Assembly: GCA_043101845.1 (NCBI GenBank)
Contig: JBICHN010000007.1
Span: forward strand, 38,224-102,223
Source: Phycisphaerales bacterium
Lineage (GTDB): Bacteria > Planctomycetota > Phycisphaerae > Phycisphaerales > UBA5793
Direction of reading: 5' to 3'
Length of the DNA: 64,000 nucleotides
Shown here: one piece after another, positions 41,311 through 50,789 of the stretch
How positions within the stretch are numbered: position 1 is the stretch's first letter
Layout of the letters: each line of letters begins with the position of its first letter
The notes under the pieces: generated by a model
The model's database searches: none
What the model saw: the letters and a program-made list of their open reading frames with translations, nothing else
Told to the model about the DNA's origin: nothing
Made by a program: the position numbers and the translations under genes

Positions 41311-43050
41311 ATGATGATGTCACGCGCGTGGGCGCGATCGCGACCGACGTTCATCGCTCTTGCCTCATTCCTCTTCGTTCTCACCCAGTTCGAATCGACC
41401 CTCCTCGCCCAAGAGTGCGATCCCTACATCCACTGGGCCGTGCGCAGCTCCCTGCGCGACGACATGCGACCGCTCCCGGGCCAGTACGAGCTCTATTACA
41501 CGATGGAGCACTCGATGGACCTGAGCGGCCTCCCCATCAGCCGCGACATCATCGATGTCCCCGAAGCCGCGTTCCGCATCGCGAACTGTGACCCCTCCGT
41601 CGCCATGTGGAGCGAGGCCGATTACAACACCTACCCCGAGCACGGCCTCCACGAGATCTTCGACGGCCTGCCCGGCGCCCCCGACTACGCGAACTGGGTC
41701 GAGAACCGCGACCTCTTCCTCGCCGAGTACTATTCGCAGGTCCAGTGCCTCGTCGAGCACCTCGTCCCCGTCGGCGGGGCCTACGACAAGCTCGTCATCG
41801 ACTGGGAAACCTGGAGCCCGCTCTGGAGCGCCGAGGGCAACCTCAACAATGGCGAGCAGGAGAACTGGCGCGAATGCGTCCGCGCGATCAACGACCGCGC
41901 CATCGGCGGCTGGGACGATCAGTTCCTCACCGAAATCGTCCGCTACATCCCCGGCGTGAGCATTTTTGACACGCTCGGCACGCAGGATTTCACCGACCTC
42001 GAAATCGTCGACCCCGATGTCGCCGAAGACCTGCTCAAGACCTCCTGGGAGCACTACGCCCGCGAGTTCTACACCGACTCCGTCAATCAATTCAAAATGA
42101 ACCGACCTGAACTCAAGGTCGGTTTCTATTTCCGGCCGATGCGCGGCGGCATCATCGTCACCGAGCACACCCGCCAGCTCAACGATCAGCTCTCGTGGTT
42201 GTGGGAAATCGTCGACATCTTCTCGCCCGGCTGGTACGCCACGCGCTGGGCCTGGGACGAGCGCGCCCGTCTGCCCGAGCCGCCCGTCGACATGGAAGAC
42301 TGCCCCGGCTACCAGTGCTTCAGCACCATCCACTATCGCGACTACCGCGACTTCTACCGCACGAACATCGATGAACTCCTCCGCCTCAAGTTCCAGTACG
42401 GGTCGGAAGACACGCTCCTCATTCCCTTCGTGACCTGGAACTACGGCAAGGCGCTCTCCGAGCCCGGCGATGGGTGCTGCGAGGAGTACAAGCGCTCGTT
42501 CCTCAACTCGATCAATCTCGAGGAACAGCTCGTCATCCCGTACCAGTATGTCTCGAGCCGCTACGGCATCGGGCTCGACGGCCTCGCCGTCTGGGGATAC
42601 TTCCCCGAAGACACCGAGGCGTATCGACGCAGCATCGAGTGCGAACTCAACACCCGCTGGACGGACATCTTCATCGAGGCCGGCATCTGCTCGAACGGCG
42701 GCGGGTCGATGGCGCAGGGCGACTGCCTCACGCTCATCAACCCGATTCGCGATTCCGGCGGACCGAACCGCTACACCTTCAGCGTCCTCGGCGCCGAAGA
42801 GGGCGCCCGCGTCCTCATCTACTGGGGTCGCGTCGACGGGCTCACCCCCGTCCCGCTCTGCCCGCTCACGAACATCCGCATCGGTCTCGCGCTGCCCATC
42901 GTGAGCGAAGCCCTCGTCGCGACGACCACCGGTCAGGCGACCGTCACCGTCGACGCGCCGGTGAGCATCAGCGGCAAATCACTCCGCTTCCAGGCGGTCG
43001 AGCTCGGCTCATGCCGCCTCTCGAATGTAATGCGCCACACCTTCCGCTGA
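41311..43050 (+). CDS. Hypothetical secreted protein (Trp/Tyr-rich, possible glycoside-hydrolase-like fold)
   Basis: Signal peptide (FIALASFLFVLTQFESTLLAQE); 580 aa; no confidently recognisable motif. Confidence 0.5.
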   Translation: MMMSRAWARSRPTFIALASFLFVLTQFESTLLAQECDPYIHWAVRSSLRDDMRPLPGQYELYYTMEHSMDLSGLPISRDIIDVPEAAFRIANCDPSVAMWSEADYNTYPEHGLHEIFDGLPGAPDYANWVENRDLFLAEYYSQVQCLVEHLVPVGGAYDKLVIDWETWSPLWSAEGNLNNGEQENWRECVRAINDRAIGGWDDQFLTEIVRYIPGVSIFDTLGTQDFTDLEIVDPDVAEDLLKTSWEHYAREFYTDSVNQFKMNRPELKVGFYFRPMRGGIIVTEHTRQLNDQLSWLWEIVDIFSPGWYATRWAWDERARLPEPPVDMEDCPGYQCFSTIHYRDYRDFYRTNIDELLRLKFQYGSEDTLLIPFVTWNYGKALSEPGDGCCEEYKRSFLNSINLEEQLVIPYQYVSSRYGIGLDGLAVWGYFPEDTEAYRRSIECELNTRWTDIFIEAGICSNGGGSMAQGDCLTLINPIRDSGGPNRYTFSVLGAEEGARVLIYWGRVDGLTPVPLCPLTNIRIGLALPIVSEALVATTTGQATVTVDAPVSISGKSLRFQAVELGSCRLSNVMRHTFR

Positions 43051-43126
43051 TCGACCGACGACATTTTGTCATTCACCCTTCGCCCGCGGCGTCGCAGGTT
43101 CTCGAAATCGAGTACCATGCGACGCC

Positions 43127-43948
43127 GTGGGCTTTTTAACCGAAGCCATCGCCGATCTCGAACGCGACTGGCTCGGCGTCGCCCGGCCGGCGCCCGCCGC
43201 CGTCCTCGCCGAATCCGGCTGGTCGCCCGACCGCCCCGCGCCGCCCGGCGTCGACTTCTGTCCGAAGTGCGGCGGGTCGGTCGGAGCGGGGGAGTACCGC
43301 GCCTCCCCGGCGCCCGCCGGCTGTCGCGAGTGCCGCGCGCGACGCTTCCCCTGGAACGAAGTCGTCCGCCTCGGCGCCTATCGCGATCCGTTGCGCGGCT
43401 GGGTGCACGCGATCAAGTTCACGAAGTGGGACGCCATGGGCCGCGCGCTCGGACGACGGCTCGGCGAATCCGTGCGCGAAGCGCAACTGGCGAACGCGAA
43501 CGCGCCCGCGAAGAATTCAGAAGCAGTGGGGGCGCCTCGCGCCGCGATCGACCTCGTCATCCCCATGCCGTCGACCTGGCGCCGCCGCGCCCGGCGCGGC
43601 GTCGATCACGCCGCCGTCATCGCCTCCGGCGTCGCGCGCGAACTCGACGCGCCCGTCTGTCAGGCGCTCCAGCGCCTCGCCCGCCCGCCCCAGTGGACCG
43701 TTCCGCCATCGCGCCGGCGCGACAATGTCCGCCGCTCGATCCGCCCGCGGCGAATCGCCGCCTCGCTCGTGCGCGACGCCCGCCTCGTCCTCGTCGACGA
43801 TGTGACGACGAGCCGCTCGACGCTCATCGAAGCCGCCCGCGTCCTCCGCGCCCTCGGCGCCGCGTCGATCACCGTCGCCATCCTCGCCGCCGCCGACCCA
43901 CCCGGCCGCCGCGCCCGAACAACTTCGCCGGGAAATCCCGAGCGATAA
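43127..43948 (+). CDS. comF: ComF family protein (double zinc-ribbon + phosphoribosyltransferase domain)
   Basis: N-terminal CPKCGG…CRECRA zinc ribbon; C-terminal PRTase-like LVLVDDVTTSRST. Confidence 0.7.
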   Translation: MGFLTEAIADLERDWLGVARPAPAAVLAESGWSPDRPAPPGVDFCPKCGGSVGAGEYRASPAPAGCRECRARRFPWNEVVRLGAYRDPLRGWVHAIKFTKWDAMGRALGRRLGESVREAQLANANAPAKNSEAVGAPRAAIDLVIPMPSTWRRRARRGVDHAAVIASGVARELDAPVCQALQRLARPPQWTVPPSRRRDNVRRSIRPRRIAASLVRDARLVLVDDVTTSRSTLIEAARVLRALGAASITVAILAAADPPGRRARTTSPGNPER

Positions 43949-44067
43949 TGACCCGTCCAAAGCCCATTGAGCGCCCACCAAGCCGGACTGGAGCCCGATG
44001 ACGCAACGCGTCATCAGCGGAGGTCCGGTTCCGACGCCCACCCGCCGCCCCCACGCAAACCCCAGCC

Positions 44068-44300
44068 CCACCCAAAAAGAAAGAGAGGCGCGCCCACCGA
44101 CGCGCCTCCCCGAAATCTCAAATCTCAAATCTCAAATCTCAAATTTCAGATCTCAATTCTCCGACCTCCGACCTCAGATCTCAAATCAAACCCTCGGGTG
44201 GCACAGGCCTCCGCGCCTGTGCGAAGCTCGAGCTTCCTCATCCAAAAGGAAAGAGAGGCGCGCCAACCGACGCGCCTCCCTGAAACCTCAAATCTCAAAT
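44068..44300. repeat. Duplicated hairpin (gaggcgcgcc-caccg-acgcgcctc) plus tctcaaatc minisatellites
   Basis: Two near-identical ~60-bp units at 44068-44125 and 44245-44300. Confidence 0.6.
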
Positions 44301-44358
44301 CAACTCAATCCGCCCGCGCCTCCACCCCTCCGTGCCTCCGCGCCTCCGTGCCTCCCCG

Positions 44359-45732
44359 TCACCCCTTCGCCGCCGCCGCCGCCGACTCCGCTGCGATCTC
44401 CTCGAGCTGCTCGCCCCAGGTCTTCTCGTTGTACCGGAACCGCGTCCGCAACATCTCGCCGTACTCGACGATCGCGTCCTTGTCCCACGCGATGAACACA
44501 TCGATATACAACCGACGGAACCGCTCCTTCGTGTTCCCGAGCTTGAGGAACAAATCGATGAACTTCCGGTTGAAGTAAAGCTCCGCGAAGGTGTGAATGT
44601 GCGAGAGGATCCCCTTGAACTCCTCGACATACCACTTCTCATACTGCATGAGGTACTCCTTCGAGAGGTCGCCCTTCTCGAGTCCCTCATGACAGAGATC
44701 CGCAAGCTTGATGCCGCACGACTGCACGATGTTCAACCCCGCCGAGAAGATCGGATCGACGAACCCGCTCGCGTCGCCGAGCAGCACCCATCCATCCCCG
44801 ACCTGCTCCGTCGCGTAGTAGTGGTACCCCTCGTACTCCGGCCCCTCCGCGTTCTTGCGCGGCGCCGGCTTGAGGCTCGTCACCCGCTTCGCGTTCTCGA
44901 GCGCATCCGCCACCTCCGGACGCATCAACACATACTTCTCGTAGAACTTGTCCGCCCCGAGCTCGACATACTCATCCCAGTGCTCGTCGCGGCTCGACAC
45001 GAGACCGACTGACACGCGGTTACCCTTGAGCGGCGCCCACCAGATCCATCGATTCTCATCGAAGTAGATGTAGAAATTCCCCTCGTCGATCCCGCTCTCG
45101 CGCTTCGCGCCTTCCCAGTGCGCAAAGGTCGCGAAGCTCTTGAGCCGCGACATCTCCTGCCGCAGCCCGAGCTTCCGACCGAGGTAGTTCGCCCGCCCGC
45201 TCGCGTCGACCACGAGATGGCAGTTCACCTCGTGCGTCTCGCCGTGCCGCGTAAAGCGCACGCCGTTCATGCGCCCGTTCTCGTCATAGAGCACATCATC
45301 GACCCGCGCCTCTTCGAGCGCCGTCGCGCCCTTCTCCCGCGCCCAGTTGAGGAGGAACTCGTCGTACACCGCCCGGTCGAGCGTGTACACGAACGCCTGG
45401 CACGCCTCCTCATCGGGGAACACATCCTGCTCGAAATTGAACCGCGCCCCGCTCGACGCGACGAACTGTCCGCCCCATTTCTGGATGAACATGTCGTCGA
45501 GCATTTCGCGCGTGAGTCCGAGCCGCGCCCAATTCCGCCAGATCGCGGTCGGCGCGATGATCTCGCCCACGACGAACCGCGGGAACTTCGCGTACTCGAG
45601 CACGAGCACCGAGCGCCCATGCTCGGCGGCGATCGTCGCGAACGACGCGCCCGCCGGCCCGCCCCCGATGACGACGAAGTCGTAGAAATCCTTGAGTTCC
45701 GTTCCGTTCGGCTTCCTGGCGATCATGGGCAC
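44359..45732 (-). CDS. FAD-dependent oxidoreductase, flavin-dependent halogenase-like
   Basis: GGGPAG FAD motif; WIWWAP (WxWxIP-like) and FVDPIFSAG (FxxPxxSxG) motifs characteristic of tryptophan-halogenase-family enzymes. Confidence 0.65.
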   Translation of the reverse strand: MPMIARKPNGTELKDFYDFVVIGGGPAGASFATIAAEHGRSVLVLEYAKFPRFVVGEIIAPTAIWRNWARLGLTREMLDDMFIQKWGGQFVASSGARFNFEQDVFPDEEACQAFVYTLDRAVYDEFLLNWAREKGATALEEARVDDVLYDENGRMNGVRFTRHGETHEVNCHLVVDASGRANYLGRKLGLRQEMSRLKSFATFAHWEGAKRESGIDEGNFYIYFDENRWIWWAPLKGNRVSVGLVSSRDEHWDEYVELGADKFYEKYVLMRPEVADALENAKRVTSLKPAPRKNAEGPEYEGYHYYATEQVGDGWVLLGDASGFVDPIFSAGLNIVQSCGIKLADLCHEGLEKGDLSKEYLMQYEKWYVEEFKGILSHIHTFAELYFNRKFIDLFLKLGNTKERFRRLYIDVFIAWDKDAIVEYGEMLRTRFRYNEKTWGEQLEEIAAESAAAAAKG

Positions 45733-46223
45733 AGATCCTTCGGCGAGAGTTCATAACGCGTCGTCGTCTGAGGAGGCAGAGCGACAAAGACCCATCCGTC
45801 CGACCGGCGCCCGCTTGAAACGAGGCGTCGGCGTGACTTGAACGGCTGATCTGGTTGTGCGCGAGAGTGATCTTCCTCCCCGCGCGCAAAGACCGCGGCC
45901 CCACGCGGTCATGCCACCAACCTCCACCTCCGACGAACTATTGCACACTTCCCCACAACAACGAGTCTGACCATCCATACTAGGGATTCGAACCGACGAG
46001 ACGACCACCACGGAAATCCCCGGCGCGAACGAACCCCAACCATCCCATGAACCCCTCGCCCGCCCGCCGAGATGCGGCTCGCGCGCGAAATGTGCCATGC
46101 GAGAGACGCATGAGCGATCGACCCGATCGCGATCCCGATTGAGCCGAACCCGCCACACGCCGCCCATCCGCCCGATAGCCCGCCCCCCAGCCCGAACCCC
46201 TCCACACGCCGGAAATCACGCCG

Positions 46224-46470
46224 GAGATGGTAAAAGCTCGGCGTTCTCCGGATTCGACGCTCGAATCACACCGTCGCGTCCATACTCGCACCCATCGATC
46301 GAACGATCGCGCCCCTCCTCCACGCCGGAGATAAGCCCGGCGTTCTCCGGATTCGACGCTCGAATCACACCGTCGCGTCCACACTCGCACCCATCGATCG
46401 AACGATCGCGCCCCTCCTCCACACCGGAGAGAGTAAAAGCTCGGCGTTCTCCGGATTCGACCCTCCGAGC
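46224..46470. repeat. Tandem ~110-bp repeat (2.4 copies), each unit containing the ccggaga-N-ttctccggattcgacgc hairpin
   Basis: Direct sequence comparison of 46224-46333, 46334-46423 and the partial unit 46424-46470. Confidence 0.75.
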
Positions 46471-46667
46471 CTGTGCGAAGCGCGCTCACACCGTCGGCGT
46501 AACGCGCGCCGGCCTCAACCGCACTCTCTTCCGTTCTCCAACTAATCGCGCCCGGGGTTTTCTCGGTCGTGCAACCCGGACATTGCCACACAATCACCTT
46601 TCGATAAACTATCTCACGACTGCGGAGGGCGCACTCAATCTCATCGATTCCTGTCGCCGGAATTCAC

Positions 46668-48404
46668 GTGCGAAAACGACTCGTCATTCTTGGCTGTTCT
46701 GCGACGAAGAAGCCCACACCGGGACCTCTTCCCGCGGTTGATCGCTATGACGGTCCGATGTATCGGGTACTGCGGTCCTTTCTTCGAAAACACCGCTGGC
46801 CCTCGGATCTCTCAGTGGCGGTCTTGTCTGCAGAACACGGACTCATCGGCGGATTGACGCCGATCGAGCCCTACGACCGTCGAATGTCGGGAGACCGGGC
46901 CGCGGAGATTGCGCCGAAAGTCGCGAAGACACTCGAAGCTTGGAAGCCTCTGCATTCGCGCGTCGACCTGGTGCTTGGTCAGTCATATCTGCCTGCAATT
47001 GAGGCGACCGCAAGACAGTGTTGGCCAAGTACCACCTCGGTCGCAGGGGGTGGGATCGGCATGAAGCTCTCGTACCTGCGGAAAGAACTCCATCAGAAGG
47101 CTCAACCTGCCCATGCTCCGGATCCCGACGACTCCCCGCGAAAGCGGGGGCGTCCCGCCTACTTTCTCCCGGACTGGGATGACTTCGTAGACGCTGATTT
47201 CGACTTCGTGAGAGACCGATTCTCATCAAACGACCGTGTCTCCCGTCAGGAACTTCACTGCTCCCAACTTGTCGATTGCCTCGCCGATGGAATCCTCGTC
47301 AGCCTCGCACAGAGCACTACAGGGAAGGGGTTGCTGCGTTCACTGGAGGCGTCATCACCCGATTCCCTCGCGCCGACATCGGTGAAGAAACACTTTGGGC
47401 TGAATTCGAGGCAGTGGGCCTTCGGCGACTGCGGCGCATTCAGCTATGTCAACGAACACGAGCCGACGATAAGTATCGAGCAAGCCGTCACAATTTACGA
47501 GTTGTTCGGATTCGACCTCGGTGCCAGCATCGACCACATCCCGGTTCCAATTGTCATTCGCGAAGGAAAGCGCAGAAGACTGACCAGGGCGGAGCGTAAG
47601 GCACGCTTGGCGTTGACCGTTCGGAACGCGGATGCATTTATTTCTGAGTGGCGATACCGCGAATGCCGTTTTCATCCTGTCGGTGTCATTCAGGGCATCA
47701 CGTCGGAGGACTACGCGAACTCCGTCTTCGCCTACAGCGAAATGGGGTATCGCCGGCTCGCGTTGGGTGGTCTTGTCCCGCGTTCGGATCGCGAGATTGT
47801 GGAGATCGTCACGGCCGTCACTGATGCGTTCAAGCAGCTCCGCGAGCGCCCATGGCTGCACCTCATGGGCGTGTATAGACCCGAGATTCAGTCACAACTT
47901 CGCGCCATGAAGGTCGATAGCTTCGACAGCGCCACCTACTTCCGCAAAGCATGGCTCCGCTCCGGCCAGAACTACCTCGGCGCCAACGGCCAGTGGTACG
48001 CCGCCATCCGCGTCCCACCCTCGCGCGACCCTCGCACCGCCAAACGCCTCAAGGCCTCTGGCAAGTCAGAGAAGAAGATTCGCCAACTCGAACTCGCAGC
48101 CCTCCGCGCACTTCGTGGTTACGCCAGCGGCCGAGTCAAACGCGTCGACACCTGCCTCAAACACGTCATGGCCTATGACAGCTTGCTCGACCGAGCTGAA
48201 GCCGAGCAGGTCTCATTCGCCGACAGCTACCGCCGCACGCTTGAAGATCGACCGTGGGAGAAGTGCAAGTGTGACATCTGCAGGTCAATCGGCATTGATG
48301 CGCTGATCTTCCGCGGCCTGAACCGAAACAAGCGGCGGGGCGCGCACAATACGTTGAAACTCTACGAGAATCTCGGTTCGAGCCGTGGGACTCGACAACG
48401 ATGA
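46668..48404 (+). CDS. TGT-fold (DpdA-like transglycosylase) protein with a ~190-aa N-terminal domain of unknown function
   Basis: C-terminal Zn subdomain CxCxxC-x25-H (KCKCDICRS…RGAHN), exactly as in tRNA-guanine transglycosylases; a TIM-barrel-like middle region; lower-GC codon usage than the host. Confidence 0.55.
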   Translation: MRKRLVILGCSATKKPTPGPLPAVDRYDGPMYRVLRSFLRKHRWPSDLSVAVLSAEHGLIGGLTPIEPYDRRMSGDRAAEIAPKVAKTLEAWKPLHSRVDLVLGQSYLPAIEATARQCWPSTTSVAGGGIGMKLSYLRKELHQKAQPAHAPDPDDSPRKRGRPAYFLPDWDDFVDADFDFVRDRFSSNDRVSRQELHCSQLVDCLADGILVSLAQSTTGKGLLRSLEASSPDSLAPTSVKKHFGLNSRQWAFGDCGAFSYVNEHEPTISIEQAVTIYELFGFDLGASIDHIPVPIVIREGKRRRLTRAERKARLALTVRNADAFISEWRYRECRFHPVGVIQGITSEDYANSVFAYSEMGYRRLALGGLVPRSDREIVEIVTAVTDAFKQLRERPWLHLMGVYRPEIQSQLRAMKVDSFDSATYFRKAWLRSGQNYLGANGQWYAAIRVPPSRDPRTAKRLKASGKSEKKIRQLELAALRALRGYASGRVKRVDTCLKHVMAYDSLLDRAEAEQVSFADSYRRTLEDRPWEKCKCDICRSIGIDALIFRGLNRNKRRGAHNTLKLYENLGSSRGTRQR

Positions 48405-50779
48405 CACGCTTTCCTCCTTTGAAAGACGCAGACGAGTTCACCGCCAGCCTTGCTTCGGCGGTAGTACGATTCCAAGAGCATGGATTGGACGAACCCCAAG
48501 CCGCCGCCACGTTCGCGCCGCCGTCTGAGCCACTTCACGTCGTTGCGGGTCCCGGTAGCGGCAAGACCACTGTGCTGGTCCTTCGAATCCTCTACCTCGT
48601 CTTTGTTCACGGGTATCGCCCCGCTGAGATCATCGCCACGACGTTTACACGCAAAGCGGCCTCCGAAATGCGCTCGCGTGTCCTGGGATGGGGATACGTG
48701 CTGCGCAATCACCTCATTGAGGCGTCTGACTCCGAAGAAGTCCGGGGGTGGTTGCGCACCCACTGCGAATTCAGCGATATTCGCCTAGGCACCTTCGATA
48801 GCCTCGTTCAGGAGTTCATTGCGGAGCACGGCCCGCGAGAAGAAGACCCACCTGTGGTCATTGAACCGATCACTGCAACCTCGATCATGCTCCTCGACGG
48901 GTTGATCTCGAATAATGGCCTCCATAACAGCGCGACACTCCGGCAGCACCTTACGGACATTGGGTACTGGCCCATCAATGCACCGCGCCTCGCCGGATAC
49001 TTGCGGCAACTTTCAGATCGACTCGCCAACGATCTTGTTGACAAAGACGCCCTCGCAGCATCGTCGCCTGCGATGCAGAGGGCGTGCGCTGCAATCGATG
49101 CGTTTCGAGAGTCTCTTGCACGGCGACAGTTGATCGACTATAGCGGCCTGTCAGAGCGGTTCCTTACTTTGGTGATAGACGGTGCGCTCGATGATGGCTT
49201 GCAGCAATACCGAGTGATGGTGGTTGACGAATTCCAAGACACGAACTGCCTTCAGGAAGCGTGCTATTTTGAGATGTACTCACGATTCTTAGGTGATGAT
49301 CAGTGTCCAGCATCACTCACAGTTGTCGGTGACGACGACCAATCTATCTTTCGTTTCCGCGGCGCAACCGTCGAAATCTTTACCGACTTCCCGAATCGAA
49401 TCGCTACGCACACAGGCGGGCCTGTGTGCGATACGACGTTTCTTAGCAGCAACTTCCGGTCGCGCCCTGGCATACTGTCGCACTTCGACAGGCTTGTCGA
49501 TCAGCCGGACTTTGCGGACGCTAGAGTAGCCGATAAACCGAGTCTCGTTGCACGGACCCACGGTGGAGCACCAACCCTACAAGGTTTGCCCGTACTCGGC
49601 ATGTTCGACGACAATCGGGGCACGCTCGCAAATCGGTTGCGCGACATGCTCATAGCCGTTTTTCGCGGAGATGGGTTCCGCGTCCAGTGTGTTGATGCAG
49701 AATTTGTGATTCAAGGAACTGAAGATCACGACTTTGCGGATGCCGTTTTGCTGGGTTCCTCTATGGTGGAGAGAAAACCTGAACGCAAAGATCCGCTCAA
49801 TCTCACTGGCCACCTGCGCGCAGCGCTCGAACCTGATGTTCCGGTATTCAATCCTCGCGGTCGCGCTCTGCACGACGTTCTGGACGTCCAGCGGTTGCTC
49901 GGCTTGTTCCTTCAATGCACCGATCCAAATCGCGCGATCCAGACGAGCATCCCGTGGCTTCAAGCGCAATTCGGCGACACGATGGATGGGTGGAGACAAC
50001 GAGCACAGGATCTTGCGGCTTCAAACCCGGCACCGGGAAACCTAGCGCAGTTCCTGAACGACTGGAGTACTAGGACGTGGAGAAATCGCCGCCGAACCCT
50101 GAGGGATTGGCCGGCGATTGAACTGTTGTTTACGCTGACAACTTGGCTGCCGCGGTTCGTTGAGGATCCTGAGTACCAAGTGTACTTAGAGGCGATTGCG
50201 CGGGCCGTTGAACAATCCACACCGCTGTCCGCATTCGGCGGCAGGATCGTTTTCGACGACAGATTCGATGGTCCTTCCGTCAAACATTTGCTAATCAACG
50301 TGCTAGCTCCGATTGCGGGTGGAGAGATCGACGTTGATGAGGAATTGATACCACACGTTCCTAGACATTGGTTCCCCATGATGACGATTCACCAAGCGAA
50401 AGGGCTTGAGTTCCCCTTGGTGATCGTCGACGTCGGTAGCGGAAATGGACACGAGATTCGCGACTTCATGCGGTTCCCGACAAGGCCGTCGGCGGTCCAT
50501 CATGACGAGGACATCGTGGCGCCGCATTCAGCTCTCGGAAACCTGCGTCAGGCGCGGGATTCGATCACTCGGGCGCGTGATGACCTTAAGCGAAAGTACT
50601 TCGTCGCCATGAGCCGCGCCCAATCCGTATTGATCCTCGTAGGACACACGAGGTTCATTGACGGGAACCCACTACCTTCCATTCAAGTGGGTAGCCGATA
50701 CGACGAAACGCGCATATGGCGCTATATACCAGCCGCACAATGCTCGACGGTCGACACAGATACTGTCGCACTGATTTGA
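48401..50779 (+). CDS. UvrD/PcrA-like superfamily-1 DNA helicase
   Basis: Walker A AGPGSGKTT, motif II VVDEFQDTN and motif VI TIHQAKGLEF; its start overlaps the upstream stop (ATGA). Confidence 0.8.
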   Translation: MTRFPPLKDADEFTASLASAVVRFQEHGLDEPQAAATFAPPSEPLHVVAGPGSGKTTVLVLRILYLVFVHGYRPAEIIATTFTRKAASEMRSRVLGWGYVLRNHLIEASDSEEVRGWLRTHCEFSDIRLGTFDSLVQEFIAEHGPREEDPPVVIEPITATSIMLLDGLISNNGLHNSATLRQHLTDIGYWPINAPRLAGYLRQLSDRLANDLVDKDALAASSPAMQRACAAIDAFRESLARRQLIDYSGLSERFLTLVIDGALDDGLQQYRVMVVDEFQDTNCLQEACYFEMYSRFLGDDQCPASLTVVGDDDQSIFRFRGATVEIFTDFPNRIATHTGGPVCDTTFLSSNFRSRPGILSHFDRLVDQPDFADARVADKPSLVARTHGGAPTLQGLPVLGMFDDNRGTLANRLRDMLIAVFRGDGFRVQCVDAEFVIQGTEDHDFADAVLLGSSMVERKPERKDPLNLTGHLRAALEPDVPVFNPRGRALHDVLDVQRLLGLFLQCTDPNRAIQTSIPWLQAQFGDTMDGWRQRAQDLAASNPAPGNLAQFLNDWSTRTWRNRRRTLRDWPAIELLFTLTTWLPRFVEDPEYQVYLEAIARAVEQSTPLSAFGGRIVFDDRFDGPSVKHLLINVLAPIAGGEIDVDEELIPHVPRHWFPMMTIHQAKGLEFPLVIVDVGSGNGHEIRDFMRFPTRPSAVHHDEDIVAPHSALGNLRQARDSITRARDDLKRKYFVAMSRAQSVLILVGHTRFIDGNPLPSIQVGSRYDETRIWRYIPAAQCSTVDTDTVALI

Positions 50780-50789
50780 GGCCTACGCG

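Noticed and set aside
45980-46597. 205-aa minus-strand ORF spanning the 110-bp tandem repeats
   Set aside because: The translation is itself repetitive because of the DNA repeats; Arg/Gly-rich with no start context; the region is better explained as a non-coding leader.
46668-48404. Calling the TGT-fold gene the housekeeping tRNA-guanine transglycosylase tgt
   Set aside because: It is ~200 aa longer than bacterial Tgt, lies in a compositionally foreign segment, and is translationally coupled to a helicase and a nuclease rather than to queA/yajC/secD.
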